DNA from: Thermofilaceae archaeon
GTDB lineage: Archaea > Thermoproteota > Thermoprotei > Thermofilales > Thermofilaceae
NCBI GenBank assembly: GCA_038727095.1
Contig: JAVYWK010000007.1
Span: forward strand, 10,058-74,057
Direction of reading: 5' to 3'
Length of the DNA stretch: 64,000 bases
The translations under genes were made by a program, and so were the position numbers. Below are positions 10,960 to 20,898 of the stretch, piece by piece (the first letter of the stretch is position 1; each line of letters opens with the position of its first letter). The notes below the pieces were generated by a model. The model ran no database searches. It saw nothing but the letters and a program-made list of their open reading frames with translations, and had not been told where the DNA came from.

Positions 10960-11268
10960 ATGCCTCGCATCGTACGCATCAAACTCTCTAGCACCTCCGT
11001 CGAAGACCTCAACTCGGTCTGCGAGGAGATAAGGAACATCGCTAAGAAAACAGGCGTTAGAATGCGAGGACCAATACCGCTCCCCACGAAGCGGCTATTA
11101 GTCACTGTTCGCAAAGCCCCCAGCGGTCAAGGCTACCACACTTTCGACCATTGGGAAATGAGAATTCACAAGAGAGTAATCGACATGGACGCTGACGAGC
11201 GAGCAATGAGGCAATTAATGAGGATCCGCGTACCAAAGACCGTGAGAGTTGAAATAGAGATCAAGTAG
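10960..11268 (+). CDS. rpsJ: 30S ribosomal protein S10
   Basis: [18 protein letters not shown]. Confidence 0.97.
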   Translation: MPRIVRIKLSSTSVEDLNSVCEEIRNIAKKTGVRMRGPIPLPTKRLLVTVRKAPSGQGYHTFDHWEMRIHKRVIDMDADERAMRQLMRIRVPKTVRVEIEIK

Positions 11269-11396
11269 AAGTAAAACATAATGATTTTTTATTTAACTCA
11301 TATATTATTCTAATCCAGCGTACATCCGATTATGAGACTCGTTCAACGCCACCTACGCTCCGATCAGCTTAAAAAGCATTAACGATCGTAATTTGC

Positions 11397-11503
11397 GCCG
11401 GGGTGGCCGAGTGGACCAAGGCGCCGGCCTTGAGACCCGTTAAAAACGGGAAAGCCGGTGCCCCTTCAGGGGCTCCCGGGTTCGAATCCCGGCCCCGGCG
11501 CCA
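11397..11503 (+). tRNA. tRNA-Ser(TGA) with 18-nt intron at 37/38 (11435-11452)
   Basis: GCCGGGG acceptor, long variable arm, CT-TGA-G|intron|A; CUUG/CGGG helix with AG|A and AA|A bulges; CCA. Confidence 0.9.
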
Positions 11504-11523
11504 CGTTTCGTGCTCCTACCAAC

Positions 11524-11952
11524 TCAGGCACCTAGACCAGGCGTTAATCCCAAGCTTCTCAATATCAGGTGCAATCCCTCCCGCGTGATCTTCCCTGTAG
11601 CTCCTACTACGAGATCCCTCGGTGGGTAGATTAGGTAGCCCTTGTAGTAGCCGCTCGGGTTGCTATAGTAGAAGATATGGAGAACTAGTATTAAGAGGTT
11701 TAATTGCCGTGGCGAGTACCGCTGCTCTAGTTGTACAGCTTCCTCCTCGCTGATGTCAACCCTCTTGAGTAGAGATTCGACTATCCCGCGGGGGTCTTCA
11801 TCCATTGCTGAAAGTAGGTCTGACAGGCTCAATCCAGAATCCCTTAGGAAGTCTCTTAATGCGTCTTTCAGCGTTATTACTCGTTTCACATGCTTCAGTG
11901 TAAGCGTAGGAGTAAAAGGTATTTCCTGGCTGAAGGGCGTTAAGCCTAGCAT
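11524..11952 (-). CDS. hypothetical protein (start possibly GTG 11889)
   Basis: Globular-looking ORF filling the gap between tRNA-Ser and a divergent operon. Confidence 0.7.
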   Translation of the reverse strand: MLGLTPFSQEIPFTPTLTLKHVKRVITLKDALRDFLRDSGLSLSDLLSAMDEDPRGIVESLLKRVDISEEEAVQLEQRYSPRQLNLLILVLHIFYYSNPSGYYKGYLIYPPRDLVVGATGKITREGLHLILRSLGLTPGLGA

Positions 11953-12015
11953 CGAGCAGGGGCTTTCGCAACGTTAAAGCTAAAAAGCAATCGTAGGCTA
12001 ATTTGCTGAGCCGAA

Positions 12016-12804
12016 TTGAGCAGCGTATGTCCGTACTTGTTCAGGGATCGTGAAGGCAGGTTCATGTGTGAAGTGCTAGGGGGTCGAGTAGACCCCGGTT
12101 TAATGCCCTGCCTAGCTAACTATAGGGAATGCCAATTCTACGCCGAACGAGCAACGATTAGAGCAGGGCCAGCAGCCGTTATGCACCCTCCTGTCGAACG
12201 TCCTCTCCCGCCGGAGGAAGTACCAACTCGTGCTGAAACGCAAGCCCTTGAGCGTCCGTTGGCTGAGAAGGGCGCTGAAGAGCTAGAGGAAAAGGTTATC
12301 GAGGAACTGAAGACTGTCGAGGCTCTAGCAGTACAATTGAACGAAAAATGGGCCTCCTATGAAGAGGGAGCCCGCAGGTTGGTCAAGATGTGGGAGGAAG
12401 TAAGCATGACCGGCACTCATGCGGTTCGAGCGTTGAGCGAGGTAGCCAGCATGTACGAGAAGCTGCTCAGCAACCTCAAATTGCTCCTGGACACTGGGAG
12501 AATATCGTCAGCAGCTTACGAGGAGCTTAAAAAAGAGGTTGAATCCAACTTGAACGACTACCGGAAAAGGAGGGAGGATCTCGAGATAGCCCTTAAGAGC
12601 GCTGAGCGCCTTGTCACACCCCACATTCAGCGTGTGAAGGTCTCCGAGGCTAAGCCGGAGATAGGGAAACTCCGTCTAGGCCTGATGAAGCTCGAGCAGT
12701 TATTTAAAGAGGGGAAGGTTAGCCGCGAAGTCTACGAGCGGATGAAGAAGGAGCTCGAGGAGAGGATTAAACGTCTGGAGCAAATGTCCGGTGAAGCGTT
12801 ATGA
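12016..12804 (+). CDS. coiled-coil protein with N-terminal 4-Cys motif and CdvA-like/SHOCT motifs
   Basis: CPY..C..PC..C N-terminus, Pro-rich linker, heptads, two G-x-I/V-S-x3-YE motifs. Confidence 0.7.
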   Translation: MSSVCPYLFRDREGRFMCEVLGGRVDPGLMPCLANYRECQFYAERATIRAGPAAVMHPPVERPLPPEEVPTRAETQALERPLAEKGAEELEEKVIEELKTVEALAVQLNEKWASYEEGARRLVKMWEEVSMTGTHAVRALSEVASMYEKLLSNLKLLLDTGRISSAAYEELKKEVESNLNDYRKRREDLEIALKSAERLVTPHIQRVKVSEAKPEIGKLRLGLMKLEQLFKEGKVSREVYERMKKELEERIKRLEQMSGEAL

Positions 12805-13181
12805 GCGAGGAGGCGCTCTTGCCCTCAGAGTTTGAGGCTCGGCGCGAGCTTGAAAGGGAGCTGGACGAATTGGATAACCTCTGGAGTGATTACTCGAACA
12901 GAGTGAAGCGGGTAATGGATGGGTGGGAGAAGATTAAGGTGAAACTCCTTGAGAGAATCTCCAAAGTGAGTAGTTTATTGAGAGCTGTCAACGAGGATCT
13001 AGAGAAAATAGATGTAGAGATAATACTAGGCATTGCGAGCGAGGAGGAGAAGAGGGGTGAGAAGGAGAAACTCATTGAAATGAAAAATAAACTTGAAAAT
13101 AGGTTGAAGGCCCTCCAAATGTTCCTAGAAGATATAGAGAGTAGGATAGTGGAGCACAGCGAGAAAATAAGAACCAGCTAA
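12801..13181 (+). CDS. coiled-coil protein (CdvA-like motif)
   Basis: ATGA-coupled to the upstream gene; LEKIDVEIILGIASEEE hairpin motif, E/K-rich heptads. Confidence 0.7.
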   Translation: MSEEALLPSEFEARRELERELDELDNLWSDYSNRVKRVMDGWEKIKVKLLERISKVSSLLRAVNEDLEKIDVEIILGIASEEEKRGEKEKLIEMKNKLENRLKALQMFLEDIESRIVEHSEKIRTS

Positions 13182-13840
13182 CAATCGGTAGCGCAACTAG
13201 CTAGAATACTTTGTGCGGCTTGTCCCGGATCCTGAGAGGAATACACGTACCTTCCCACTACCAGTACATCGGCGCCGGCTTCGGCTAGCGCCCTTGCATT
13301 CTCAGGTGTAATGCCACCCGCCACTCCGACCTCCCTAACCCCAATTGTTTTTAGCACCTTTACCATACCAATGGATCCCCCAGCTCCAATCCCCCGCGCT
13401 CTTTGAACGTCTATCGGCACGTGATAGCACACAGCATCGACACCCCTCCTGAGCAACTCGACCGTTCGGGAGATTGGATCCCTCAGCACAGCCATCAAGT
13501 CCACAATCACCTTGCCTCCAAGCCGGTGAGCCGCCTCCACAGCGGAGGCTATCGTTTCGTCGCTGGCCTGCGCCAAGACTGTGACGTACCTAGCCCCACT
13601 CGATATTGCCAGCTCAGCCTCTAGGTCGCCTACATCCGCTATCTTCATATCGGCCACTACCGGTATGTCGCTGAACGCCTCAGCCAGCCGTCGAATGGCC
13701 GCCATCCCGAAGGCTTTAATCAGCGGAGTTCCCGCCTCCAGTAAAATCAGCTCGTGATCGCACACTTCGGCTACTCTCGAAGCCACCGATAAGGCCTTTT
13801 CTAAATCCGTGAGGTCAAGAGCTACCTGTAGTCGCGGCAT
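13178..13840 (-). CDS. 3-hexulose-6-phosphate synthase / OMP decarboxylase (HUMPS) family
   Basis: LQVALD, EAGTPLIK, VADMKIADVG, VAGGI, VVGR. Confidence 0.88.
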   Translation of the reverse strand: MPRLQVALDLTDLEKALSVASRVAEVCDHELILLEAGTPLIKAFGMAAIRRLAEAFSDIPVVADMKIADVGDLEAELAISSGARYVTVLAQASDETIASAVEAAHRLGGKVIVDLMAVLRDPISRTVELLRRGVDAVCYHVPIDVQRARGIGAGGSIGMVKVLKTIGVREVGVAGGITPENARALAEAGADVLVVGRYVYSSQDPGQAAQSILASCATDC

Positions 13841-14765
13841 GTTCAAGCAAGCCGAATTCCATGAGCAACTTAAACTCATCGAGTGTGAGTCTCTCACCTT
13901 GCCTATACCTTTCAAGGATCTTCAAAGCTTGCTCGTACAACTCCATACGCCTGCGGCTTAGTACTTGCGATAGCTCAGCCGCCTTTAGCAGGATGGCCGT
14001 CCTCTCAATGTCCTCCTTAACTTTCTTCATTTCGTTGAATTTCTCGTGTAGTTTATTATGGTATTCGTCCGCTTTCCTTCTTAATGCTTCCTTCTTTTCT
14101 ATCAACTCGCTTAACCTGGATCTCATTTCGTTCGCTTTACTCCTTATCTCTGTGAACTTTGTCTTAACCTCAAGATACTTTTGTGACAACTCTTTGATTC
14201 TTGTATTTAACTCGTTTATGCGCTTCCTCTTCTCCGATACCAACGTCCTTAGGCTGCGAATACGGTTTAAGCATTCGTTATACCTTTCAGCAGCTCTGAG
14301 CAGGGTTTCAGTGCCACGAATCCTTTCGACAAAGCTCTTCTCTTCCTCGGGCTCTAGAGGCCGCGTCTGGTACTCCCATTCAAGCTTCTCCAACCTCTCT
14401 CTAAGCTCGAAAACGTCAGCTCTCCTTCGACCCATGATTTCGCGGAGATTTTTCACCTCATTCATCAGTATGGTTAGTTCGCCGCTTAGCGCAGCTACAT
14501 CCTCTCTTAATTGACTCCGCTCGCTTTTTAGCTTCTGCACTTCGTTGAAGATCTCATCCTTTAAACTCTTGAGCTTCAGGTACTCCTCTTTTAAGCTTCT
14601 ATACTCTACTGTTAATTGCCTTATTGATACGGATATATTTTTCACTTCCTCATTCAGGGAATCTCTATTATTTCTTAATTCTTCTATCTCCTTTTCTAGG
14701 GATTTCAACCTACTCTTTAGGTCCTCGAGCTTCGCCCTCAGAAGCGCTGGATCTTCTCCTAGCAT
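13815..14765 (-). CDS. archaeal long coiled-coil protein (COG1340-like)
   Basis: Continuous heptads; LEWEYQT..LEPEEEK and GERLTLDEFKLL motifs. Confidence 0.8.
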   Translation of the reverse strand: MLGEDPALLRAKLEDLKSRLKSLEKEIEELRNNRDSLNEEVKNISVSIRQLTVEYRSLKEEYLKLKSLKDEIFNEVQKLKSERSQLREDVAALSGELTILMNEVKNLREIMGRRRADVFELRERLEKLEWEYQTRPLEPEEEKSFVERIRGTETLLRAAERYNECLNRIRSLRTLVSEKRKRINELNTRIKELSQKYLEVKTKFTEIRSKANEMRSRLSELIEKKEALRRKADEYHNKLHEKFNEMKKVKEDIERTAILLKAAELSQVLSRRRMELYEQALKILERYRQGERLTLDEFKLLMEFGLLEHAATTGSS

Positions 14766-14965
14766 CCGAACACCGCAGCTGCTAAGCTTTGCGATCCCCT
14801 CACCGGCAATGCGATTATAAGCATTGCGTTACAGCAACCACCTTAGATGATTCATCTTTGCAGCTTTGAAAAGCGGTAGAGCTAGCCTCTAGTTGTTTAA
14901 CGAATCAAGCGTCGAAATGTAGGGGGCGGCGAACGCTTACCCCACGTAAGGTTTTTCATGGGTCA

Positions 14966-15250
14966 ATGCTACGCCGCCTTGTGGGTAGAAGAGGCAAGGG
15001 ATCCTACGAAATTCCACTGGCACCCATCGAGAGGATAATCCACCAAGAAGGAGGGTACAGGGTCAGTGAAGACGCTGCAGTGAGGCTCCGCGAAATCGTT
15101 GAGAAATTTGCAAGAGAAGTTGCACGCGTTTCGGTTGACATGGCGCGCCACGCCAACAGGCACACGGTGAAAGCGGAGGACATAGATGTAGCGCTAAAGG
15201 TTGTGCTTTCCAGAGTGCAGGGTTTTCTGGGAGAGAGACCCTCCTCTTAA
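14966..15250 (+). CDS. archaeal histone (HMf-like) with basic N-terminal extension
   Basis: EIPLAPIERII..GGYRVSEDAA..ARHANRHTVKAEDI histone fold. Confidence 0.92.
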   Translation: MLRRLVGRRGKGSYEIPLAPIERIIHQEGGYRVSEDAAVRLREIVEKFAREVARVSVDMARHANRHTVKAEDIDVALKVVLSRVQGFLGERPSS

Positions 15251-15335
15251 GCGGTTAAACGAAATGCCCACAGTTTTTCGACAAAATATAGCAAAATGTA
15301 TATATAGAAATGATAAACCCACCCGCTGAGGAACT

Positions 15336-16997
15336 ATGGCGGCTCAGACCGCACAGTTGGCACAGATCGGTGGCGTACCAGTACTCGTCTTGAAGGAAGG
15401 GACCTCACGAAGAACCGGGCGCGAAGCAATGATGCTGAACTTCATGGTCGCGAAGGCAATCGCGGAAACAGTCAAGACGACGCTAGGCCCGAGAGGGATG
15501 GATAAGATGCTGATCGATAGCCTGGGCGATATAACGATTACGAACGATGGGGCAACAGTCCTCGACGAGATGGACGTTCAGCACCCCGTCGCGAAACTTC
15601 TGGTCGAAATTGCGAAGGCCCAGGACGATGAAGTAGGCGACGGAACGACGACTACGGTTATAGTTACTGGTGAGCTAATCAAGGAGGCCGAAAAGCTGCT
15701 AGAGAAGAACCTACATCCGACCGTTATCGTGGCTGGCTACAAGAAGGCGCTCGAGAAGGCCAGCGAGGTACTAAGGAGGTTCGCTGTTAAGGTCGACATT
15801 AATGATGACGAAACTCTGAAGAAAGTGGCGATGACTTCGATGAGGGGTAAAGCCATAGCGGCGTTCAGGGATTACCTAGCAGGGGTCGCAGTTAAGGCAG
15901 TGAAGCAGATAGCGGAGAAACGAGACGAGAAGATCGTCGCTGACATCGACCACATACAACTGATTAAGAAAAAGGGTGGATCATTCCTTGATACTCAGCT
16001 TGTCTACGGAGTCATCATAGACAAGGAGGTCGTACACCCTGACATGCCGAAGAAAATTGAGAAAGCTAGGATCGCTTTGATCGACGCTCCACTCGAAGTG
16101 GAGAAGACAGAGATAGACGCCGAGATAAGGATCAACAGCCCAGAGCAAATGAAAATGTTCCTCGATGAGGAGGCCAGGCTTCTAAGAGACATGGTGGAGA
16201 AGATTAAGGCTGCTGGTGCGAATGTGGTGATCTGCCAGAAGGGTATTGACGACTTGGCTCAGTACTACTTGGCGAAGGCTGGCATCCTAGCAGTTAGGAG
16301 AGTGAAGAAGAGCGACATGGAAAAGCTGGCGCGAGCCACCGGAGGCAAGATCGTGACTAAGATCGAGGAGCTCAGCCCCGATGTGCTGGGTTACGCGGAG
16401 CTGGTTGAGGAGAGGAAGGTGGCTGACGAGAAGATGGTTTTCGTCGAAGGCTGCCCCAACCCCAAAGCCGTCAGCATCCTAGTCAGAGGCGGCCTCGAGA
16501 GGGCTGTAGACGAGGCCGAAAGAAACTTGATTGACGCCCTTAGTGTTGTCTCAGACGTGATCGAGGAGCCCTACATCCTGCCGGGAGGAGGAGCCCCTGA
16601 AGCTGAGCTAGCTAAGGAGCTGAGGATCTACGCATCTAAGGTTGGGGGTAGAGAGCAGCTCGCCATTGAGGCTTTCGCGAACGCTCTCGAGTCGATCCCA
16701 AGGACGCTAGCCGAGAACTCGGGCCTGGACCCGATCGACATGCTCGCCGAGCTGCGCGCAGCCCACGAAAAGCCGGAGGGCTGGAAGTACGGCGTCGATG
16801 TCTTCGAGGGCAAGGTAGCTGATATGTGGTCCCTCGGAGTTGTAGAACCGCTATCCGTCAAGCTGCAGGCAATTAAAGCGGCCACCGAAGCAGCCATAAT
16901 GATACTGAGGATCGACGATATCATCGCCGCTTCTAAACTCGAGGGAAAAGAGAAGGAGAAAAAAGAGGAGAAGCGAGAAGAAAGCGAATTTGATTAA
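15336..16997 (+). CDS. ths: thermosome (group II chaperonin) subunit
   Basis: [27 protein letters not shown]. Confidence 0.97.
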   Translation: MAAQTAQLAQIGGVPVLVLKEGTSRRTGREAMMLNFMVAKAIAETVKTTLGPRGMDKMLIDSLGDITITNDGATVLDEMDVQHPVAKLLVEIAKAQDDEVGDGTTTTVIVTGELIKEAEKLLEKNLHPTVIVAGYKKALEKASEVLRRFAVKVDINDDETLKKVAMTSMRGKAIAAFRDYLAGVAVKAVKQIAEKRDEKIVADIDHIQLIKKKGGSFLDTQLVYGVIIDKEVVHPDMPKKIEKARIALIDAPLEVEKTEIDAEIRINSPEQMKMFLDEEARLLRDMVEKIKAAGANVVICQKGIDDLAQYYLAKAGILAVRRVKKSDMEKLARATGGKIVTKIEELSPDVLGYAELVEERKVADEKMVFVEGCPNPKAVSILVRGGLERAVDEAERNLIDALSVVSDVIEEPYILPGGGAPEAELAKELRIYASKVGGREQLAIEAFANALESIPRTLAENSGLDPIDMLAELRAAHEKPEGWKYGVDVFEGKVADMWSLGVVEPLSVKLQAIKAATEAAIMILRIDDIIAASKLEGKEKEKKEEKREESEFD

Positions 16998-17101
16998 ACA
17001 TAGCGACCTTCTTATTTGAATTTAAATTCATTTTTCAATTTCTCTTCCCATGTCACTCCGCTACCCCTCCTCCACAAGCCAGGGGCCCGCGAAGAAATAG
17101 C

Positions 17102-17423
17102 GCCCGGCGGCCTCCCCCGAGGAGGCGCGTGCCATCACGCCGCCTCTGCACCTTCCAGCTTACACCGGCACCCCCCGCAACACGGCGACCCCGCCATAGG
17201 GCCGCTCCCTTCCGGGCCTAACCCGGTTCGGCAGTTCGTGGTTCAGCTCCTCCTCCGAGGAGCCTACCACCAGCCACCGTCCGCGGGGACCGGCGCTCAC
17301 AGTTGGTACGGGTGCAGCCAACGGCGTGACGCATGCACCGTTCCTCGGAGTTGACGCCCTCCGCCGTATGCCCCGTTTGCGGCTCAGGGGAGGGGCAGCC
17401 CCCCAGGGCTTTTCCCGCCGGGC
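17102..17423 (-). ncRNA. ffs: signal recognition particle (7S) RNA
   Basis: Minus strand has helix-8 motif CCGGGTTAGGCCCGGAAGGGAGCGGCC; terminal GCCCGGCGG/CCGCCGGGC stem; about 320 nt. Confidence 0.9.
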
Positions 17424-17523
17424 AAAGTACAGGACTACTACGGCTTAAAATGTTTACCCTCAGCTCTACGAGCGGCCAGCCTTAATGGGCTTCTAATACC
17501 GTTAACTCATCCGCCCCACTACC

Positions 17524-17535
17524 GATAAATTTATC
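17524..17535 (+). promoter_or_regulatory. probable TATA region of RNase P RNA (palindrome GATAAATTTATC)
   Basis: TTTATC about 26-30 nt upstream of the predicted RNA 5' end. Confidence 0.5.
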
Positions 17536-17559
17536 ACTCCTTCAAAGAGCTAAAGACTT

Positions 17560-17882
17560 GGTCGTCAGCCGGTGAGCGGGTGTCGGACCCCTAAAGGGGT
17601 CTGAGGAAGCTCCGCCAAGGGTGCAGGACCGCGCCGCTGCAAAGCGGTGGGGGGAATCCCCAGGCAACGGCACAGAAACGATACCCTCCCCACTCTGATG
17701 AAGATGAGGCAGTAAGCCCCCGGCAACGGGGGTTTTCCTGCTGATGAATGTGGGAGGAGGTTGAAACGGCCGACCCGCGGTTTGAGGGCCTAACAGGGTC
17801 TATGAGGCCCTGCACTGAGACCCGGGTGGGCCAAAGATGGATCCCGCTAAAACCGAAGGCGGGCTACGGCCGGCTGACGACC
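17560..17882 (+). ncRNA. rnpB: RNase P RNA
   Basis: P1 GGTCGTCAGCCGG/CCGGCTGACGACC, CR-I GAGGAAGCTCCG, GGCACAGAAAC, TGAAAC, CR-V AAAACCGAAGGCGGGCTAC. Confidence 0.93.
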
Positions 17883-17927
17883 CCGCCATTGATAGAGTTA
17901 ATATAGCTGGGTTTTAGCAGGATAACT

Positions 17928-18188
17928 GTGCCGGTAGCTTACGTTTTGATCAACACTGAAGTCGGTGCCGAAAGAGAGGTGCTAGAGAAGCTAAGGGAAA
18001 TCCCGGAGGTGGTTGAAGCCTACATCGTTTTCGGCATATACGACGTCATCGCCAAGGTCAGCGTTGACCGGCAAGAGCTGCTGGGAGAAGTAGTAACGAA
18101 CAAGTTGAGGCGCCTTGAAAAAGTCCGACACACGTTAACCATAATCGCTGTGGAGGGCTTCGAAAGGTGCCAACCGAACTGCACGTAG
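17928..18188 (+). CDS. Lrp/AsnC ligand-binding domain protein
   Basis: AYVLINTEVG, VFGIYDVIAKV stand-alone RAM domain. Confidence 0.88.
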   Translation: MPVAYVLINTEVGAEREVLEKLREIPEVVEAYIVFGIYDVIAKVSVDRQELLGEVVTNKLRRLEKVRHTLTIIAVEGFERCQPNCT

Positions 18189-19492
18189 GCATCGATGACA
18201 CCGACAGCCCCTGGGGAATGTGTACAACATACCTCGGCGCCCTCCTCGTAGCTGAATTTGTAAGGCGCGGTTACGAGTTCATAGATTTCCCGTACCTTGT
18301 CAGGCTTAACCCAAACGTGCCCTTTAAGACGCGCGGCAACGGCGCTGTCTCTATTCACCTTACCACGTCAGCTGAGGTCGACGGGGTCGCGGAGCTTGTT
18401 GAGGAGTACCTGGAAAGGTACGCGTACAGGCACGGTAAGACGGATCCAACAGCCGTGCTGCTCGCGGGCCCTATTGACACCCTGAAGGAAGTCTACTTGC
18501 GCGCTCTTTCCGAACTCATTCCCCCCAAAATAGTCGTAAAGGTTCTCGAAAAAATGAAGGCGAGAATAATTGGTAACGCTAAGGGTAGAGGCGTCATCGG
18601 TGCGGCCGCAAGCATAGGAGCTTTCAGCATGAGCTACTACAGCTACGAGTTAACCCTCTACAGGCCCCCCACGTCAGGCCAGCGGCGCAAGAGTATAGAG
18701 CAAGACGTTGTAGAGCTCGATAAGCTGCTACGGCCTCTCACCTACTCGAACGTTGACTACTCCTCGGGTAGAGTACTAGCCACTCCCCGGGGCCCTGATC
18801 CCGTGATAGCTGGAGTACGTTCCTTCACCCCACTAATCCTTTCCTCTATCGCCCCTAGGCTGGCGGAGAAGTGGAGCGCTCAACTGGCGCTCATATACAA
18901 GACTAACCAGTCCACCGGGGAACACCTTGCACAGCGCAAATCGATCGCGCGCGTAAGACCCTACGACTCCGCTACAGTCAGGGGCCGCGTCTCAGGGGAG
19001 GCGAAGACCTTACCGGGTGGCCATATCGTATTTGCTCTAAGCGATGATACGGGACGCATCACATGCGTTGTTTACAGGGAAACAGGCTTCCTAACGAAGG
19101 TTGCGCGCCTTCTCACGGATGGTGACATCGTTGAGGTATGCGGTGGGTTTGTGCCTCGCTCAAAGGGTTTAACGTTAAACGTCGAGTGTATCAGGGTCCT
19201 TCAGACGGCTCCCCTTGTTTCAGAGGGGAATCCGAGATGCCCAGTCTGCGGCAAGCACCTGAAATCTGCTGGTCGAAACAAGGGATTCAAGTGCGCATCT
19301 TGTGGCTATCGAGCACGTTCAGCAACGAAAATTGTGAGGATTACCCCTAGAGTCCTGGAACCCGGTTTGTACCTCCAGAGCCCGATAGCTTACCGACATC
19401 TATCACGTACTAGAGATTCCCTCGGAGCACCCCCCGTCCCTGCACCCCCCTTACCTCAATTGTTTCTATGGCCGTATCCACCTACCGCCTAA
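18167..19492 (+). CDS. tiaS: tRNA(Ile2) 2-agmatinylcytidine synthetase
   Basis: GIDDTDS..GMCTTY, LVRLNPNVPFKTRGNGA, OB fold, CPVC..CASC zinc ribbon. Confidence 0.93.
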   Translation: MPTELHVGIDDTDSPWGMCTTYLGALLVAEFVRRGYEFIDFPYLVRLNPNVPFKTRGNGAVSIHLTTSAEVDGVAELVEEYLERYAYRHGKTDPTAVLLAGPIDTLKEVYLRALSELIPPKIVVKVLEKMKARIIGNAKGRGVIGAAASIGAFSMSYYSYELTLYRPPTSGQRRKSIEQDVVELDKLLRPLTYSNVDYSSGRVLATPRGPDPVIAGVRSFTPLILSSIAPRLAEKWSAQLALIYKTNQSTGEHLAQRKSIARVRPYDSATVRGRVSGEAKTLPGGHIVFALSDDTGRITCVVYRETGFLTKVARLLTDGDIVEVCGGFVPRSKGLTLNVECIRVLQTAPLVSEGNPRCPVCGKHLKSAGRNKGFKCASCGYRARSATKIVRITPRVLEPGLYLQSPIAYRHLSRTRDSLGAPPVPAPPLPQLFLWPYPPTA

Positions 19493-19585
19493 GTTCACGA
19501 TGCCTCTAGACCCGCATCGAAAGCTAACCACAACCGCCGTTTCGCAGCACGGGGCTCAGCTTTAAAAAGTGCTTAATAACGTTGC

Positions 19586-20860
19586 GTGAATATGCTAAGG
19601 GTAAGGATACTCGGCGGTGGACGCAGAGTTGGGAAAACCGCCATGCTCCTAGAGGTCGATGGTACCAGAGTCCTACTCGACTACGGCGTGGACATAAGCG
19701 GACCCGAACCGGAGTTCCCCCAGCATGTGCGCCCCGCAGACTTAGACATGGTCGTGATAACGCACGCCCACTTGGACCACAGCGGCGCTGCACCTATCCT
19801 GTACATCTCCGTGCGCCCGAAGCTTTACGCTACCCGTACAACCCTGGATCTATCCGAGATTCTGATCGGCGATTTCATGAAGCTCTCGAAGTACTACGTG
19901 CCCTACGAGACACCACAAGTCGAGACCATGGTTCGCTCAGCCACGCTCGTTGAGCCCGGTGCTGAAGTGGAGGAGAAGGGGGTTTTAATTAGATTTTGGA
20001 ATGCCGGCCACATCCCAGGCAGCTTGATGGTTGAAATCGAGGCGGGGGGTCGCAAGCTGCTCTACACCGGGGACTTCAACACTGTTGACACTTGCCTGCT
20101 GAAGGGCGCGAGCCTGAGGGTATTCGAGGATGCGGACATTGTGGTGATGGAAGGCACGTATGCCGCCTTCGACCATCCAAATCGCGATGCTGTCGAAAAG
20201 GCCTTCGTCCGGGACCTCCTCGAGGTCCTGGATTCTGGAGGCAGCGTACTGATACCCACCTTCGCGGTCGGTAGAGCCCAAGAGATCCTCTGCGTGCTTG
20301 CGAAGCACAAGGTGCGCTACCCAGTCTACATAGACGGCATGGCTAGAAGGGTGAACACAGTGCTTCTCGAAAACCTCGATCAGTTGAGGGACCCCGCGCT
20401 CTTCAAAAGTGCCGTACAAAAGGCCATTCACGTCAATGGCTGGGAGGACAGAAGGAGAGCTCTGGAGAAAACATCGGTAATCATCTCTCCCGCAGCGATG
20501 CTTAAGGGCGGTGCCTCCGTGCACTACGCTAAGGAGATGCTGGAAGATCCGCGCAGTGCGGTGTTCTTCGTCAGTTACATCATGAGGGATACACCCGCGC
20601 GCAAACTGCTCGAAGAAGGGGTTCTTCAGCTAGAGACGTTTCAGAAACGCATCGCGGCGAGAATGGAGTGGTACGATTTCTCCTCCCACTGCGGGAAGCG
20701 GGAGCTTTTAAGCGCGGTTGAGCGCATGAAGCCGGACGCGTCCCTAGTTCTCGTTCATAGCGAGGAGAAGATTGGACTCAAGTTCATCGATTACGTCACA
20801 CGGCAACTCGGCGTACAGACCTACTTCCCAAATGAAGGCGAAACGCTGGAGTTCAAGTAG
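19586..20860 (+). CDS. beta-CASP metallo-beta-lactamase ribonuclease (aCPSF2-like)
   Basis: THAHLDHSG, AGHIPGS, YTGDF, MEGTY, FAVGRAQE, FSSHC, VHSE. Confidence 0.88.
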   Translation: MNMLRVRILGGGRRVGKTAMLLEVDGTRVLLDYGVDISGPEPEFPQHVRPADLDMVVITHAHLDHSGAAPILYISVRPKLYATRTTLDLSEILIGDFMKLSKYYVPYETPQVETMVRSATLVEPGAEVEEKGVLIRFWNAGHIPGSLMVEIEAGGRKLLYTGDFNTVDTCLLKGASLRVFEDADIVVMEGTYAAFDHPNRDAVEKAFVRDLLEVLDSGGSVLIPTFAVGRAQEILCVLAKHKVRYPVYIDGMARRVNTVLLENLDQLRDPALFKSAVQKAIHVNGWEDRRRALEKTSVIISPAAMLKGGASVHYAKEMLEDPRSAVFFVSYIMRDTPARKLLEEGVLQLETFQKRIAARMEWYDFSSHCGKRELLSAVERMKPDASLVLVHSEEKIGLKFIDYVTRQLGVQTYFPNEGETLEFK

Positions 20861-20898
20861 GAGCGTAACACTTAAACCTCGGTATCATGACTCACTGA

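Noticed and set aside
11429-11453. Alternative splicing of tRNA-Ser at 33/34 would give loop CT-GGA-AA, i.e. Ser(GGA) from the same gene
   Set aside because: Only the 37/38 junction has BHB-like geometry (CUUG/CGGG with 3-nt bulges); no motif supports a 33/34 cut
17016-17815. ORFs 17016-17354 (+) and 17591-17815 (-)
   Set aside because: They overlap the SRP RNA and RNase P RNA on the opposite strands; spurious GC-rich frames
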